From contig QHTB01000128.1 in NCBI GenBank assembly GCA_003220615.1, forward strand, positions 11,839 to 75,838: DNA of 64,000 bases. Reading direction: 5' to 3'. The stretch is from Candidatus Rokuibacteriota bacterium. GTDB lineage: Bacteria; Methylomirabilota; Methylomirabilia; Rokubacteriales; CSP1-6. The notes below the pieces were generated by a model. It worked only from the letters and a program-made list of their open reading frames with translations. It had not been told where the DNA came from and did no database searches. Below, one piece after another: positions 26,533 through 35,060 of the stretch. The stretch's first letter is position 1. Every line of letters begins with the position of its first letter. The position numbers and the translations under genes are program-made.

Positions 26533-27038
26533 TGATGGCCGACATCCCGCTGCTCGAACGCCTGGCCCAGCTACCGGCCCTTCCCGCCACGGCGGCCGTT
26601 GCGCTGCTCGAACGCCTGGCCCAGCCTCACACGGATCCCGTCATCGGCGCCTTCTTCGGCGTGGACGACGATGGCGATGCCGTCGTCAACGCGCTCGTGC
26701 CGACGGTGCTCCAGCAGTTCCAGACGAAGGGCGATCTGACCTGCTATGGGGCGCTGCTCGAAGGGCTGACCGGGATCTGGAATGCGGCCGTGCGTGCCGC
26801 GGTGGTGGCGCGTCTTCGGGCCGCTGGTCTGCCGCCGGACGATCTCCTTCTGAAGCTGCAGGTGCTGTCGCCGACGCTCGGTTTCGCGCAAGAGCAGGGC
26901 GATTGGGCGCGCCAGTGGCTGGGCGATCCGCACGCACAAGACACGTTGCTGGTCCAGCAGTGCGTCGTCCGTTTGCTGTTCGCTCTGCGGGGCCTCGCCG
27001 AGGCGCGCGCCGACGAGCTCACCCGACACGCGGGGTAG
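26532..27038 (+). CDS. Hypothetical helical protein, start overlapping the MFS stop codon
   Basis: The GTG/ATG at 26532/26535 overlaps the MFS stop. I recognise no family. It contains an internal exact 24-nt duplication. Confidence 0.5.
   Translation: MMADIPLLERLAQLPALPATAAVALLERLAQPHTDPVIGAFFGVDDDGDAVVNALVPTVLQQFQTKGDLTCYGALLEGLTGIWNAAVRAAVVARLRAAGLPPDDLLLKLQVLSPTLGFAQEQGDWARQWLGDPHAQDTLLVQQCVVRLLFALRGLAEARADELTRHAG
26548..26625 (+). repeat. Exact 24-nt direct repeat (two copies, 54 nt apart) inside the hypothetical gene
   Basis: CGCTGCTCGAACGCCTGGCCCAGC occurs at 26548-26571 and 26602-26625, encoding LLERLAQ twice, in frame. Confidence 0.85.
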
Positions 27039-27203
27039 CGCGCCGAAGGGCGGCGGAACCGGACCCGAGGCCGAGATGCACATCCACGGGCGAAACGCGG
27101 ACAAGGAGCGACTGCATGGCCTGATGCTGACGTCGCCGATGAAGGTCGACAGGTGTTCGCTGACGGCATTCTCCGCCTGGGAGCAGCTCAGAGGAGGTCG
27201 ATC

Positions 27204-27602
27204 ATGACGACGGATGGAACGCTCGCGAAGTACCGCGACATCTTCGAGAAGAAAGCCTTTGCCCACGTCGCCACCGTCGGCGCCGGGGGAGCCCCGCAGA
27301 TCACGCCGGTGTGGGTGGACTTCGACGGGAAGTACATCCGGTTCAACACAGCGCGAGGACGAGTGAAGGACAAGAATCTCCAGCGCCATCCGCACGTGGC
27401 GCTGGCGGCGCAAGATCCGGACAACCCGTACCGGTACGTCCAGGTGCGTGGCCGGGCCGAGCTAACGGAGCAGGGCGCCGAGGCGCACATCGACGCGCTG
27501 GCCAAGAAGTACATCGGCCAGGATCGTTACCCGTGGCGGCGCCCGGGCGAGGTTCGCGTCACGGTCAAGGTACTGCCCGAGCACGTACAAGGAATGGGGT
27601 AG
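27204..27602 (+). CDS. Pyridoxamine 5'-phosphate oxidase-like (split-barrel flavin/F420-binding) family protein
   Basis: FAHVATVGAGGAPQITPVWVDFDGKYIRFNTARGRVKDKNLQRHPHVALA is typical of the PPOX-class family. Internal Met of ORF 27153..27602. Confidence 0.75.
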   Translation: MTTDGTLAKYRDIFEKKAFAHVATVGAGGAPQITPVWVDFDGKYIRFNTARGRVKDKNLQRHPHVALAAQDPDNPYRYVQVRGRAELTEQGAEAHIDALAKKYIGQDRYPWRRPGEVRVTVKVLPEHVQGMG

Positions 27603-29519
27603 GTGCTGATCCAGGCCGAGGGCATCACGAAAGGCTTTGGTGGCCAGGACCTCTTCCAGGATCTCTCCTGGCAGATCACCGGGGGCCAGCGCGTCGGGCT
27701 CGTCGGTCCGAACGGTGCCGGCAAGACCACGCTGTGTCGCATCCTCGCCGGACTCGAGGAGCCAGACGCCGGGCGAGTGAGTCAGTCCCGCGGCGCGACG
27801 GTGGGCTACTTGCCGCAAGACGTCGCGGGCGCCGCCGCGACGTCAGTGCTCGGTGAAGCGCTGAGCGGCTTCGACGAGGTCTGGCGACTCGAGCGCGAGA
27901 TGGAGGAGGTGGCCGCCGCCCTGGCGGCGGCGCCGACCGAGCGACTGACCGAGCAGTACGGCGAGCTCCAGCATCGCTTCGAAGCCCTCGGCGGGTACCG
28001 GCTCGAAACGGAGGCTCGCGCGATCCTCAGTGGTCTCGGCTTCGCGGCGGCCGACCTGGCCCGCCCGCTCGCCGAGCTCTCGGGTGGTTGGCGGATGCGC
28101 GCTGCCCTCGCGCGCCTGCTCCTGTTGAGGCCCTCGCTCCTGCTCCTCGACGAGCCGACGAACCATCTGGATCTCGAGTCGCTGGCCTGGCTGGAGTCGT
28201 TCCTCGCCTCGTACGAGGGCAGCGTGGTGGTCGTGTCTCACGATCGCTACTTCCTGAACCGGATGGTCTCGTCGATCGCCGACCTCGGGCCGGGCGGCAT
28301 TACGCTGTATCCGGGTGACTACGACGATTACCTGGTCGAGCGCGAGGCGCGGCGCGAGCTCCTGGCCGCGCAGGCGCGCAATCAGGCGAAGCGCGTTGCC
28401 GAGATCGAGCGCTTCATCGAGCGCTTCCGGTATCAGGCCACCAAGGCTCGCCAGGTCCAGAGCCGCATCAAAATGCTGGAGCGGATCGACCGCGTCGAAG
28501 TGGAGGCGGAGTCGCGTCGGATCCACTTCTCGTTTCCGGAGCCGCCGCGGACGGGCCGCCGGGTGGCGTCGCTGCACGGCATCCACAAGGCGTACGGCGA
28601 CCTCGTGGTCTACGCTGGCGTCGATCTCGACATCGAGCGGGGCGAAAGGATTGCGCTCGTCGGGGTCAATGGGGCCGGCAAATCGACGATGCTGCGTATC
28701 CTCGCCGGCGTCCTGCCGTTCGACCGCGGCGAGCGGACGCTCGGCGCTCACGTGGTCGCGCACTACTATGCTCAGCACCAGCTCGACACCCTCGATCCCT
28801 CGCGCAGCGTGCTGGAGGAGCTGGAGGTGGTGGCACCCGACGCCGCCCGCACGCGGCTACGCACGATCCTCGGATCGTTCCTGTTCTCGGGCGACACCGT
28901 CGACAAGAAGATCGCGGTGCTCTCCGGTGGGGAGAAGGCGCGGCTGGCCCTGGCCAAGATGCTGACGCGGCCGGCCGCGCTGCTGTGTCTCGACGAGCCC
29001 ACGAACCACCTCGACCTGGTTTCCCGCGAGGTTCTCGAGGCCGCGCTCGCCGGGTTTCCGGGGACCATCGTGTTCATCTCTCACGACCGGTACTTCATCA
29101 ACCGCATCGCCACGAGCGTCGTCGAGGTCGCCGAGGGCCGGTTGGTCACCTATCTCGGTGACTATGACGACTACCTCGCGGCCAAGGCGAGGGTGACCGA
29201 CGCGTCAGCCGCCGGCGATCCGGCCACTTCACGCACACCGACGGCGGACCGGATGCCAAACGCTCGCTCGCGCCCGAAGCCGGGCGTGAGTCGCGAAGTG
29301 CGTGAGCTCCGGCGCCGCCTCGACGAGGTCGAGCGCGAGATCCATGTGCTGGAAGAGCGGCTGACTGGCCTCGGCCGAGCGCTGGGAGATCCGGCGCTGT
29401 ACACCGACGGCGAGCGGGCCCGCGCTGTCGCGCGCGAGCGCAAAGAGGCCGAAGAGCAGGTCACCTGGCTCATGCGGGAGTGGGAGGCGCTCTCCACTGA
29501 GATCGCGACTCATGAATGA
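27603..29519 (+). CDS. ABC-F family ATPase (Uup/YheS-like, two NBDs plus a C-terminal coiled coil)
   Basis: Two Walker A motifs (GPNGAGKTT, GVNGAGKST), two LSGG signatures, no TM segments, and a coiled-coil tail. Confidence 0.9.
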   Translation: MLIQAEGITKGFGGQDLFQDLSWQITGGQRVGLVGPNGAGKTTLCRILAGLEEPDAGRVSQSRGATVGYLPQDVAGAAATSVLGEALSGFDEVWRLEREMEEVAAALAAAPTERLTEQYGELQHRFEALGGYRLETEARAILSGLGFAAADLARPLAELSGGWRMRAALARLLLLRPSLLLLDEPTNHLDLESLAWLESFLASYEGSVVVVSHDRYFLNRMVSSIADLGPGGITLYPGDYDDYLVEREARRELLAAQARNQAKRVAEIERFIERFRYQATKARQVQSRIKMLERIDRVEVEAESRRIHFSFPEPPRTGRRVASLHGIHKAYGDLVVYAGVDLDIERGERIALVGVNGAGKSTMLRILAGVLPFDRGERTLGAHVVAHYYAQHQLDTLDPSRSVLEELEVVAPDAARTRLRTILGSFLFSGDTVDKKIAVLSGGEKARLALAKMLTRPAALLCLDEPTNHLDLVSREVLEAALAGFPGTIVFISHDRYFINRIATSVVEVAEGRLVTYLGDYDDYLAAKARVTDASAAGDPATSRTPTADRMPNARSRPKPGVSREVRELRRRLDEVEREIHVLEERLTGLGRALGDPALYTDGERARAVARERKEAEEQVTWLMREWEALSTEIATHE

Positions 29520-29833
29520 GGTTTCGTGTGAATGAGTTTTACGCGCCCGTCGATCCTGGTGTGCTGCGTCGTGAGCGGGCGCGCGCCCGGGAGCTTCGCG
29601 AGAGTGGCTGGTGGAAGCGGAAGCTGTCGACGGGCATCTGCTACTACTGCCGACGGCGAGTCGGTACGCGCGCCCTCACCATGGATCACATCGTTCCGCT
29701 CGGGCGCGGCGGTCGTAGCGTGCGCGGCAACGTGGTTCCCGCCTGCAAGGACTGCAACAACCGCAAGCAATCGTCGTTGCCAGTCGAGTGGCAGGATTAT
29801 CTGACCTCGCTCGGCAGCGTCTCCGAGGAGTGA
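29516..29833 (+). CDS. Small HNH endonuclease
   Basis: CYYCRRRV...MDHIVPLGRGGRSVRGNVVPACKDCNNRK (HNH motif with Cys pairs). The ATG overlaps the ABC-F stop (ATGA). Confidence 0.8.
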   Translation: MRFRVNEFYAPVDPGVLRRERARARELRESGWWKRKLSTGICYYCRRRVGTRALTMDHIVPLGRGGRSVRGNVVPACKDCNNRKQSSLPVEWQDYLTSLGSVSEE

Positions 29834-29938
29834 CACCGAGCCGTATCGAACGTTGGACGTTGACGCTCCTTCGTCGTCCGCGTTGAATGGCCACGCTCGC
29901 GAGCGCGTGCCCCATTCACCTACACACGGAGGAGTCGC

Positions 29939-30256
29939 ATGATTCACCGAGCCGTTGTCCTCGCCGCTCTGACTGTTGTGCCGTTCGTTCCCGTGGCCGG
30001 CGCCGAGACCGAGCGGGCCCCGTCCGGCCGCCATCAGGAGAAGGCCGCGGTCACCGATCATCCCGCGATCAACATCAACACCGCCGACGTGAAGTCGTTG
30101 ATGACGCTCGACGGCGTGGGGCGCAAGGTCGCCGAAAAAATCGTCGAGTACCGGGAAGCGCACGGTCCGTTCAAGAAGCCTGACGACGTCCGCAAGGTGG
30201 ACGGCATCGGCGGCGGACTGTGGGAACGCAATCGGGAACGGATCGTCGTGAAGTAA
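29939..30256 (+). CDS. comEA: ComEA-like helix-hairpin-helix DNA-binding protein with signal peptide
   Basis: Signal-like N-terminus, then ININTADVKSLMTLDGVGRKVAEKIVEYREAHGPFKKPDDVRKVDGIG. Confidence 0.8.
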   Translation: MIHRAVVLAALTVVPFVPVAGAETERAPSGRHQEKAAVTDHPAININTADVKSLMTLDGVGRKVAEKIVEYREAHGPFKKPDDVRKVDGIGGGLWERNRERIVVK

Positions 30257-30309
30257 AGCGCACGGACTTTTGCTTGGGCGACCGCGCAGGCTGCGGTAGG
30301 ATGTGGGCA

Positions 30310-30646
30310 AATCGGTCGGAGCGTCAACAGCGTTCCAGCAGCGTCCCCGCCGACAATTCCGCCGGCGGTTGAGCGTGACCGAGCCTGGGGCCGGGAGTCG
30401 GCATCCGGTTCGAGGGAGTGGGACTGGGCCCGCGTGGCGCCCTTGCCGAGATAGGAGGTGATCCAGCCGATGTGTAACCCTACGGTGATCTGTGAGGTGG
30501 AGGCCTCCTAGGCAACGACCACGCTAGCTCTGGGTGGCGAGCCTGGGAGAACCAGGCACCACCGGCCCCGACGACCCCGCCTCACCAGCGGGGCGACGCG
30601 TAGCACTGAAAAGAGCGTCGCAGCCCTCGTCGGGGCTTCTTTTTTT
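30310..30646 (+). ncRNA. Candidate structured non-coding RNA of unknown class (5' end is a guess)
   Basis: No credible ORF. Several strong local hairpins, e.g. GGTGG..CCTGG-GAGAA-CCAGG..CCACC at 30533-30563 and the GGAGGCCTCC palindrome at 30499-30508. A weak promoter-like TTGGGC-N17-TAGGAT at 30274-30302 and a terminator at 30622-30646. There is no + strand gene downstream. Confidence 0.4.
30622..30646 (+). terminator. Intrinsic terminator (+ strand)
   Basis: AGCCC-TCGTCG-GGGCT followed by TCTTTTTTT. Confidence 0.6.
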
Positions 30647-30661
30647 CAATGACGGCGAAGT

Positions 30662-30701
30662 GGCGATAACAGAACGGCCCGCCGGGAGCTCCGGCGGGCC
30701 G
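30662..30701 (-). terminator. Terminator hairpin downstream of cold-shock gene 1
   Basis: An 11-bp perfect stem CGGCCCGCCGG / CCGGCGGGCCG (30675-30701), followed on the minus strand by TTCTGTTAT. Confidence 0.45.
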
Positions 30702-30736
30702 GCGAAGTGGTCCGCGATGGATGGAAGCTGCGGACG

Positions 30737-30937
30737 TTAGACCTTTCGGACGTTGGACGCCTGCAGCCCCTTGGGCCCCTTGGTGACCTCGAATTCCACC
30801 TTGTCGCCCTCGCTCAGGCTCTTGAAGCCCTGGGCCTGAATTGCGCTGTAGTGAACGAACACGTCCTCGCCGCCCTCGACCTGGATAAAGCCGTATCCCT
30901 TCGCGTCGTTAAACCACTTCACCGTGCCTTGTGCCAT
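30737..30937 (-). CDS. Cold-shock protein (CspA family), copy 1
   Basis: [34 protein letters not shown]... with RNP1 (KGYGFI) and RNP2 (VFVHY). Confidence 0.95.
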   Translation of the reverse strand: MAQGTVKWFNDAKGYGFIQVEGGEDVFVHYSAIQAQGFKSLSEGDKVEFEVTKGPKGLQASNVRKV

Positions 30938-31028
30938 ACTCCCTTTCCCTCTTTGGACGGAGCGGGCCTGATCGCTCCGGTAATCCCGGCCCCCATGGCC
31001 GGTGGCGTCCCGATCACGTTCCGGGACA

Positions 31029-31066
31029 ACAAAAAAGCGCCGCAGGACCCTCGGTCCTCGCGACGC
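31029..31066 (-). terminator. Terminator-like hairpin plus U-tract inside the leader of cold-shock gene 1
   Basis: Minus strand GCGTCGCGAGGACC-GAG-GGTCCTGCGGCGC (13 bp with one bulge) followed by TTTTTTGTTGT. It lies ~65-100 nt downstream of the predicted TSS and ~100 nt upstream of the ATG. Confidence 0.5.
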
Positions 31067-31138
31067 TGGTTCCTCAGACCCGAGCGACTCCGACTGCTAA
31101 AAGCATCCCGATCAGATGCACCATCTGGAACGCAGAAG

Positions 31139-31168
31139 ACTTTACAATGGTCAAAAAAACACTGTCAA
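31139..31168 (-). promoter_or_regulatory. Sigma-70-type promoter candidate for cold-shock gene 1
   Basis: Minus strand TTGACA (31168-31163), N18, TAAAGT (31144-31139). This implies a leader of about 190 nt. Confidence 0.55.
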
Positions 31169-31204
31169 GCTCGTTTGCGCTCGGTGGGGCTGGCGGTGGA
31201 CCGA

Positions 31205-31232
31205 GCCCGGGCCCCGTGTTGGGGGCCCGGGC
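31205..31232 (-). terminator. GC-rich hairpin downstream of cold-shock gene 2
   Basis: GCCCGGGCCCC / GGGGCCCGGGC forms an 11-bp stem 25 nt after the stop. No U-tract. Confidence 0.4.
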
Positions 31233-31256
31233 GGAACTCTTCGGGGGGCGGAACCC

Positions 31257-31457
31257 TCAGACTTTTCTGACGTTAGCGGCCTGGAGACCCTTGGGGCCGC
31301 GCGTGACGTCGAACTCGACGCTGTCGCCCTCGGCCAGGGTTTTGAAGCCCTGGGCCTGGATCGCAGTGTAGTGAACGAACACGTCCTCGCCGCCGTCCTG
31401 CGTGATGAAACCGTACCCCTTGGCCTCGTTGAACCACTTCACTCGTCCGTTTGCCAT
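31257..31457 (-). CDS. Cold-shock protein (CspA family), copy 2
   Basis: [34 protein letters not shown]... A close paralogue of copy 1. Confidence 0.95.
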   Translation of the reverse strand: MANGRVKWFNEAKGYGFITQDGGEDVFVHYTAIQAQGFKTLAEGDSVEFDVTRGPKGLQAANVRKV

Positions 31458-31541
31458 GCTTCCGTACCTCGTACCTTTCTTCGGGGCCGCGCCCCTTGAT
31501 GCACCCCGCCTCTATGCGGGGGCGCCTTCCGCGGCGGAAGG

Positions 31542-31579
31542 CAAACAAAAACGCCGCGCGGACTGGATCTCGCGCGGCG
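31542..31579 (-). terminator. Terminator-like hairpin plus U-tract inside the leader of cold-shock gene 2 (or terminator of the upstream gene)
   Basis: Minus strand CGCCGCGCG-AGATCCAGTC-CGCGCGGCG (9 bp perfect) followed by TTTTTGTTTG. It ends ~95 nt upstream of the ATG. Confidence 0.5.
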
Positions 31580-31634
31580 TGTCTTTCGGTCTTTCCGGCT
31601 TCACCGACATCCGTCTGAACCAGAACCGAGAAAA

Positions 31635-31664
31635 AGACTACACGAGCCGCGCAAGCGGCGTCAA
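31635..31664 (-). promoter_or_regulatory. Sigma-70-type promoter candidate for cold-shock gene 2
   Basis: Minus strand TTGACG (31664-31659), N18, TAGTCT (31640-31635). The -35 overlaps the stop codon of the upstream gene. Confidence 0.35.
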
Positions 31665-32692
31665 TCGCCTTCTACCCTTCGGGTAACAGGCTGGGACCCG
31701 TTTCGCGTCCCGAGCCAGCCAGGGATGGCCATGGAGAATCGCCCAGCAGTACCTCCCGCGACGACCACGTGAACCTCGTCGGCCGACGGGAACTTGGGCA
31801 CCAGCGTGTCGGCATGCGGCGGTGTCCGCCCGAATCTCAAGTTCGTACCCTCGCCGTGGCCATCGTCGGGAACGAGCTCGGCATAGGGCCGGCGGATGGT
31901 GTCGTGAAGATGGCGCTGCAGATCGCTTCGCGACCAGCCGTCGTCGGCGAAGGTGCGCGCATGCTCGGGACCCACCACGAGCATGGTGTGTGAGTAGAGC
32001 GGAAAGTGCTTGCTGTTCCAGAGGCCGGCCATGGACCACCCGAGCGACCCGGCGAGCTCACGCGCCGTCCTGCTCGAATGATCGGAGATGCCGTGAGGCG
32101 CCTCACCGGCGAAGAGCGTGACGGCGCTGGCGTCGGCAGAGAGACCTCGCCCGACGTGATAGGGCGGCCAGGGACTTGCCTCCTCGTGCTCCGCGATGCA
32201 ATACGTGTAGCGTCCGGGATGACCGAACGTCGACATCGATGTCTCCCCGGGGCGCGCTCCGCCGATGTTGATCATGAGCAGTCGTAGCGCGCGACCGATC
32301 GTGGCGTTGGCGCGATATCCGGGCCCGAACACGCCGAAGCCGCTGTTGAGGCCGATGCGCGTACGCACCGGGCCGTTCACGACAATGAGCGGCGTCGAGA
32401 AGTGCGTCGACGTCGCCACGCCGTGGAGGTTGAACGCCGGTTCGCACGCGCACTCGGCGACGGCGAGCACGACCGGCAAGTACTCCGGGCGGCAACCGGC
32501 CATGACCGCGTTGATCGCGACCTTCTCCACGGTGACGCGCCCGTAATTGGGCGGCAGCTCGCCGATGAGCACTTCGGGAGCTCGGCGCGTGGCCTGGAGC
32601 ATGCGCTCGACGCGTGCTCGGGTGGGTGGGACGACGGGGAGTCCGTCGGTGACACCGCGCTCGAAGAACAGCTCGAACTCGTCGGTCGTCAT
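31661..32692 (-). CDS. Conserved-looking hypothetical protein (family not recognised)
   Basis: A 343-aa non-repetitive globular-looking sequence from an internal Met (MTTDEFELFFERGVTDGLPVVPPT...) with normal codon bias. No motif I can name. Confidence 0.55.
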   Translation of the reverse strand: MTTDEFELFFERGVTDGLPVVPPTRARVERMLQATRRAPEVLIGELPPNYGRVTVEKVAINAVMAGCRPEYLPVVLAVAECACEPAFNLHGVATSTHFSTPLIVVNGPVRTRIGLNSGFGVFGPGYRANATIGRALRLLMINIGGARPGETSMSTFGHPGRYTYCIAEHEEASPWPPYHVGRGLSADASAVTLFAGEAPHGISDHSSRTARELAGSLGWSMAGLWNSKHFPLYSHTMLVVGPEHARTFADDGWSRSDLQRHLHDTIRRPYAELVPDDGHGEGTNLRFGRTPPHADTLVPKFPSADEVHVVVAGGTAGRFSMAIPGWLGTRNGSQPVTRRVEGD

Positions 32693-33081
32693 GACGGAGG
32701 CGCCGATGCTATACCTTGGCGCAGTTCGGCGCCAACCGCTCACGCGAAGGAAATCGTCCGAATACCGTGAGTCTGGACACCTGACACTGACGGTCTGCCG
32801 ATCTCCGCGAAAGGTTGTCGTTTGCCGGGCCGGTGACGGTCACTGTCACTGGACGGTGTCAGCATGAGCGCAGTCCGGGGCAAGTATTACTCCCCGGGGA
32901 GGACCTCCGAGAGACCCCAACCAGCTTTGTCGTGGAGTCTCAATCAGATCGCCGGGGATTTGGGCATCACCGAACTCCCTGAAAAAGTTTTCCTTTTCTT
33001 AGGATTTTCCATGAGCGATGGTTAGAGACAGGGATCATGGCTGTCTAAACCAGCGTCAAACCAGGGGTTTTCCTTTAAATG

Positions 33082-33097
33082 TGGCACAGACTGTGCT
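33082..33097 (+). promoter_or_regulatory. Near-consensus sigma-54 (-24/-12) promoter upstream of mreB
   Basis: TGGCAC-AGACT-GTGCT compared with TGGCAC-N5-TTGCW, with exact GG-N10-GC spacing. It lies ~70 nt upstream of the mreB ATG. Confidence 0.5.
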
Positions 33098-33139
33098 AGT
33101 CTACGAACGCTCCCGTCGTGGGAGCTTTGACAAGCGTGA

Positions 33140-34195
<1,056 letters not shown>

Positions 34196-34220
34196 ACCGC
34201 CGGGTTCGGAGGTCAGAGGC

Positions 34221-35057
34221 GTGAGGATTCGCCGGCTGGTACTCCTCGTATCGATACTCGTACTCTGCCTGGTGCTCCTCACCCTCCAGACGCGCGGGCG
34301 GGCGTCCGGCGCCGCCGACCTCGTGGCCAGGATCACCACGCCGGTCCAGAAGACGCTGTCGGCGATCCATCGCGGAGCCTTCGGTCTGTGGTCCACCTAC
34401 CTCGATTGGAAGAATGTGCGGGCGGAGAATCGACGCCTGCGCGACGAGAACCAGCGCCTTCGCGTGGACGCGCTGGCCGTGTCGGAGACCGCCGAGGAGA
34501 ATCAGCGCCTGCGGCGAATGCTCGAGCTGAAGGCGCGCTTGCCCTTGAACACGCTGACCGGCGAGATCATCGCCCGCGAGTGGGGCGGATGGGTTCGCTC
34601 GCTCACGGTGAACCGCGGGCGGGCCGACGACGTCAAACGGTTGACCGCCGTCATCTCGCCCGATGGTCTCGTCGGACGGGTCGTCGACGTGCGTCCCGGC
34701 GCGGCCGTCGTGCAGGTGCTCACGGACCCGACGTCCACGGTCGGGGCGCATGCCGTGCGGACGCGCACGCCGGGTGTCGTGGAAGGCGAGCCGCGCGGCA
34801 CGATTCGCTTCAAGTACATGGCCAGGGATGGCAGCGCACTCCAGCCTGGTGATCTCGTGGTCACGTCCGGTCTGGGCGGCCTCTTCCCGCGCGGCATTCC
34901 CGTCGGGCGCGTGCGCGCGATCGACGATCGCGGCTCCGCGCTCTTCTCGTTCGCCACGCTGGAGCCCGCCGTGAATTTCGCGAAGATCGACGAGGTGCTC
35001 CTCGTGACCGGGGACCGCATGGAAGACGTGACCGCGTACTTCCAGACCGGCGGGTGA
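34221..35057 (+). CDS. mreC: Rod-shape-determining protein MreC
   Basis: N-terminal TM, a coiled coil (ENRRLRDENQRLR), then beta-rich domains (VTSGLGGLFPRGIPVGRV). GTG start. Confidence 0.9.
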   Translation: MRIRRLVLLVSILVLCLVLLTLQTRGRASGAADLVARITTPVQKTLSAIHRGAFGLWSTYLDWKNVRAENRRLRDENQRLRVDALAVSETAEENQRLRRMLELKARLPLNTLTGEIIAREWGGWVRSLTVNRGRADDVKRLTAVISPDGLVGRVVDVRPGAAVVQVLTDPTSTVGAHAVRTRTPGVVEGEPRGTIRFKYMARDGSALQPGDLVVTSGLGGLFPRGIPVGRVRAIDDRGSALFSFATLEPAVNFAKIDEVLLVTGDRMEDVTAYFQTGG

Positions 35058-35060
35058 GTC

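Noticed and set aside
30440-30500. A 16S rRNA gene or an annotated rRNA fragment on the minus strand.
   Set aside because: Similarity covers only about 35-40 nt (the 17-mer plus CCTACGGT). The helix-45 complementary strand is not preserved and no further 16S-like sequence flanks it. It is kept as a finding, not as an rRNA feature.
30380-30650. tmRNA, suggested by the GGGGCCG...GGTTCGAGGGA 5' segment and a GCAACGACCACGCTAGCT tag-like stretch.
   Set aside because: There is no tRNA-like 3' end (no T-arm or CCA). No tag reading frame ends in the usual Ala-Ala stop. The total length before the terminator is too short.
30534-30740. The 68-aa ORF in the comEA-csp spacer.
   Set aside because: It reads straight through the + strand terminator and the csp terminator hairpin. 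It has no SD and a P/G/S-rich composition.
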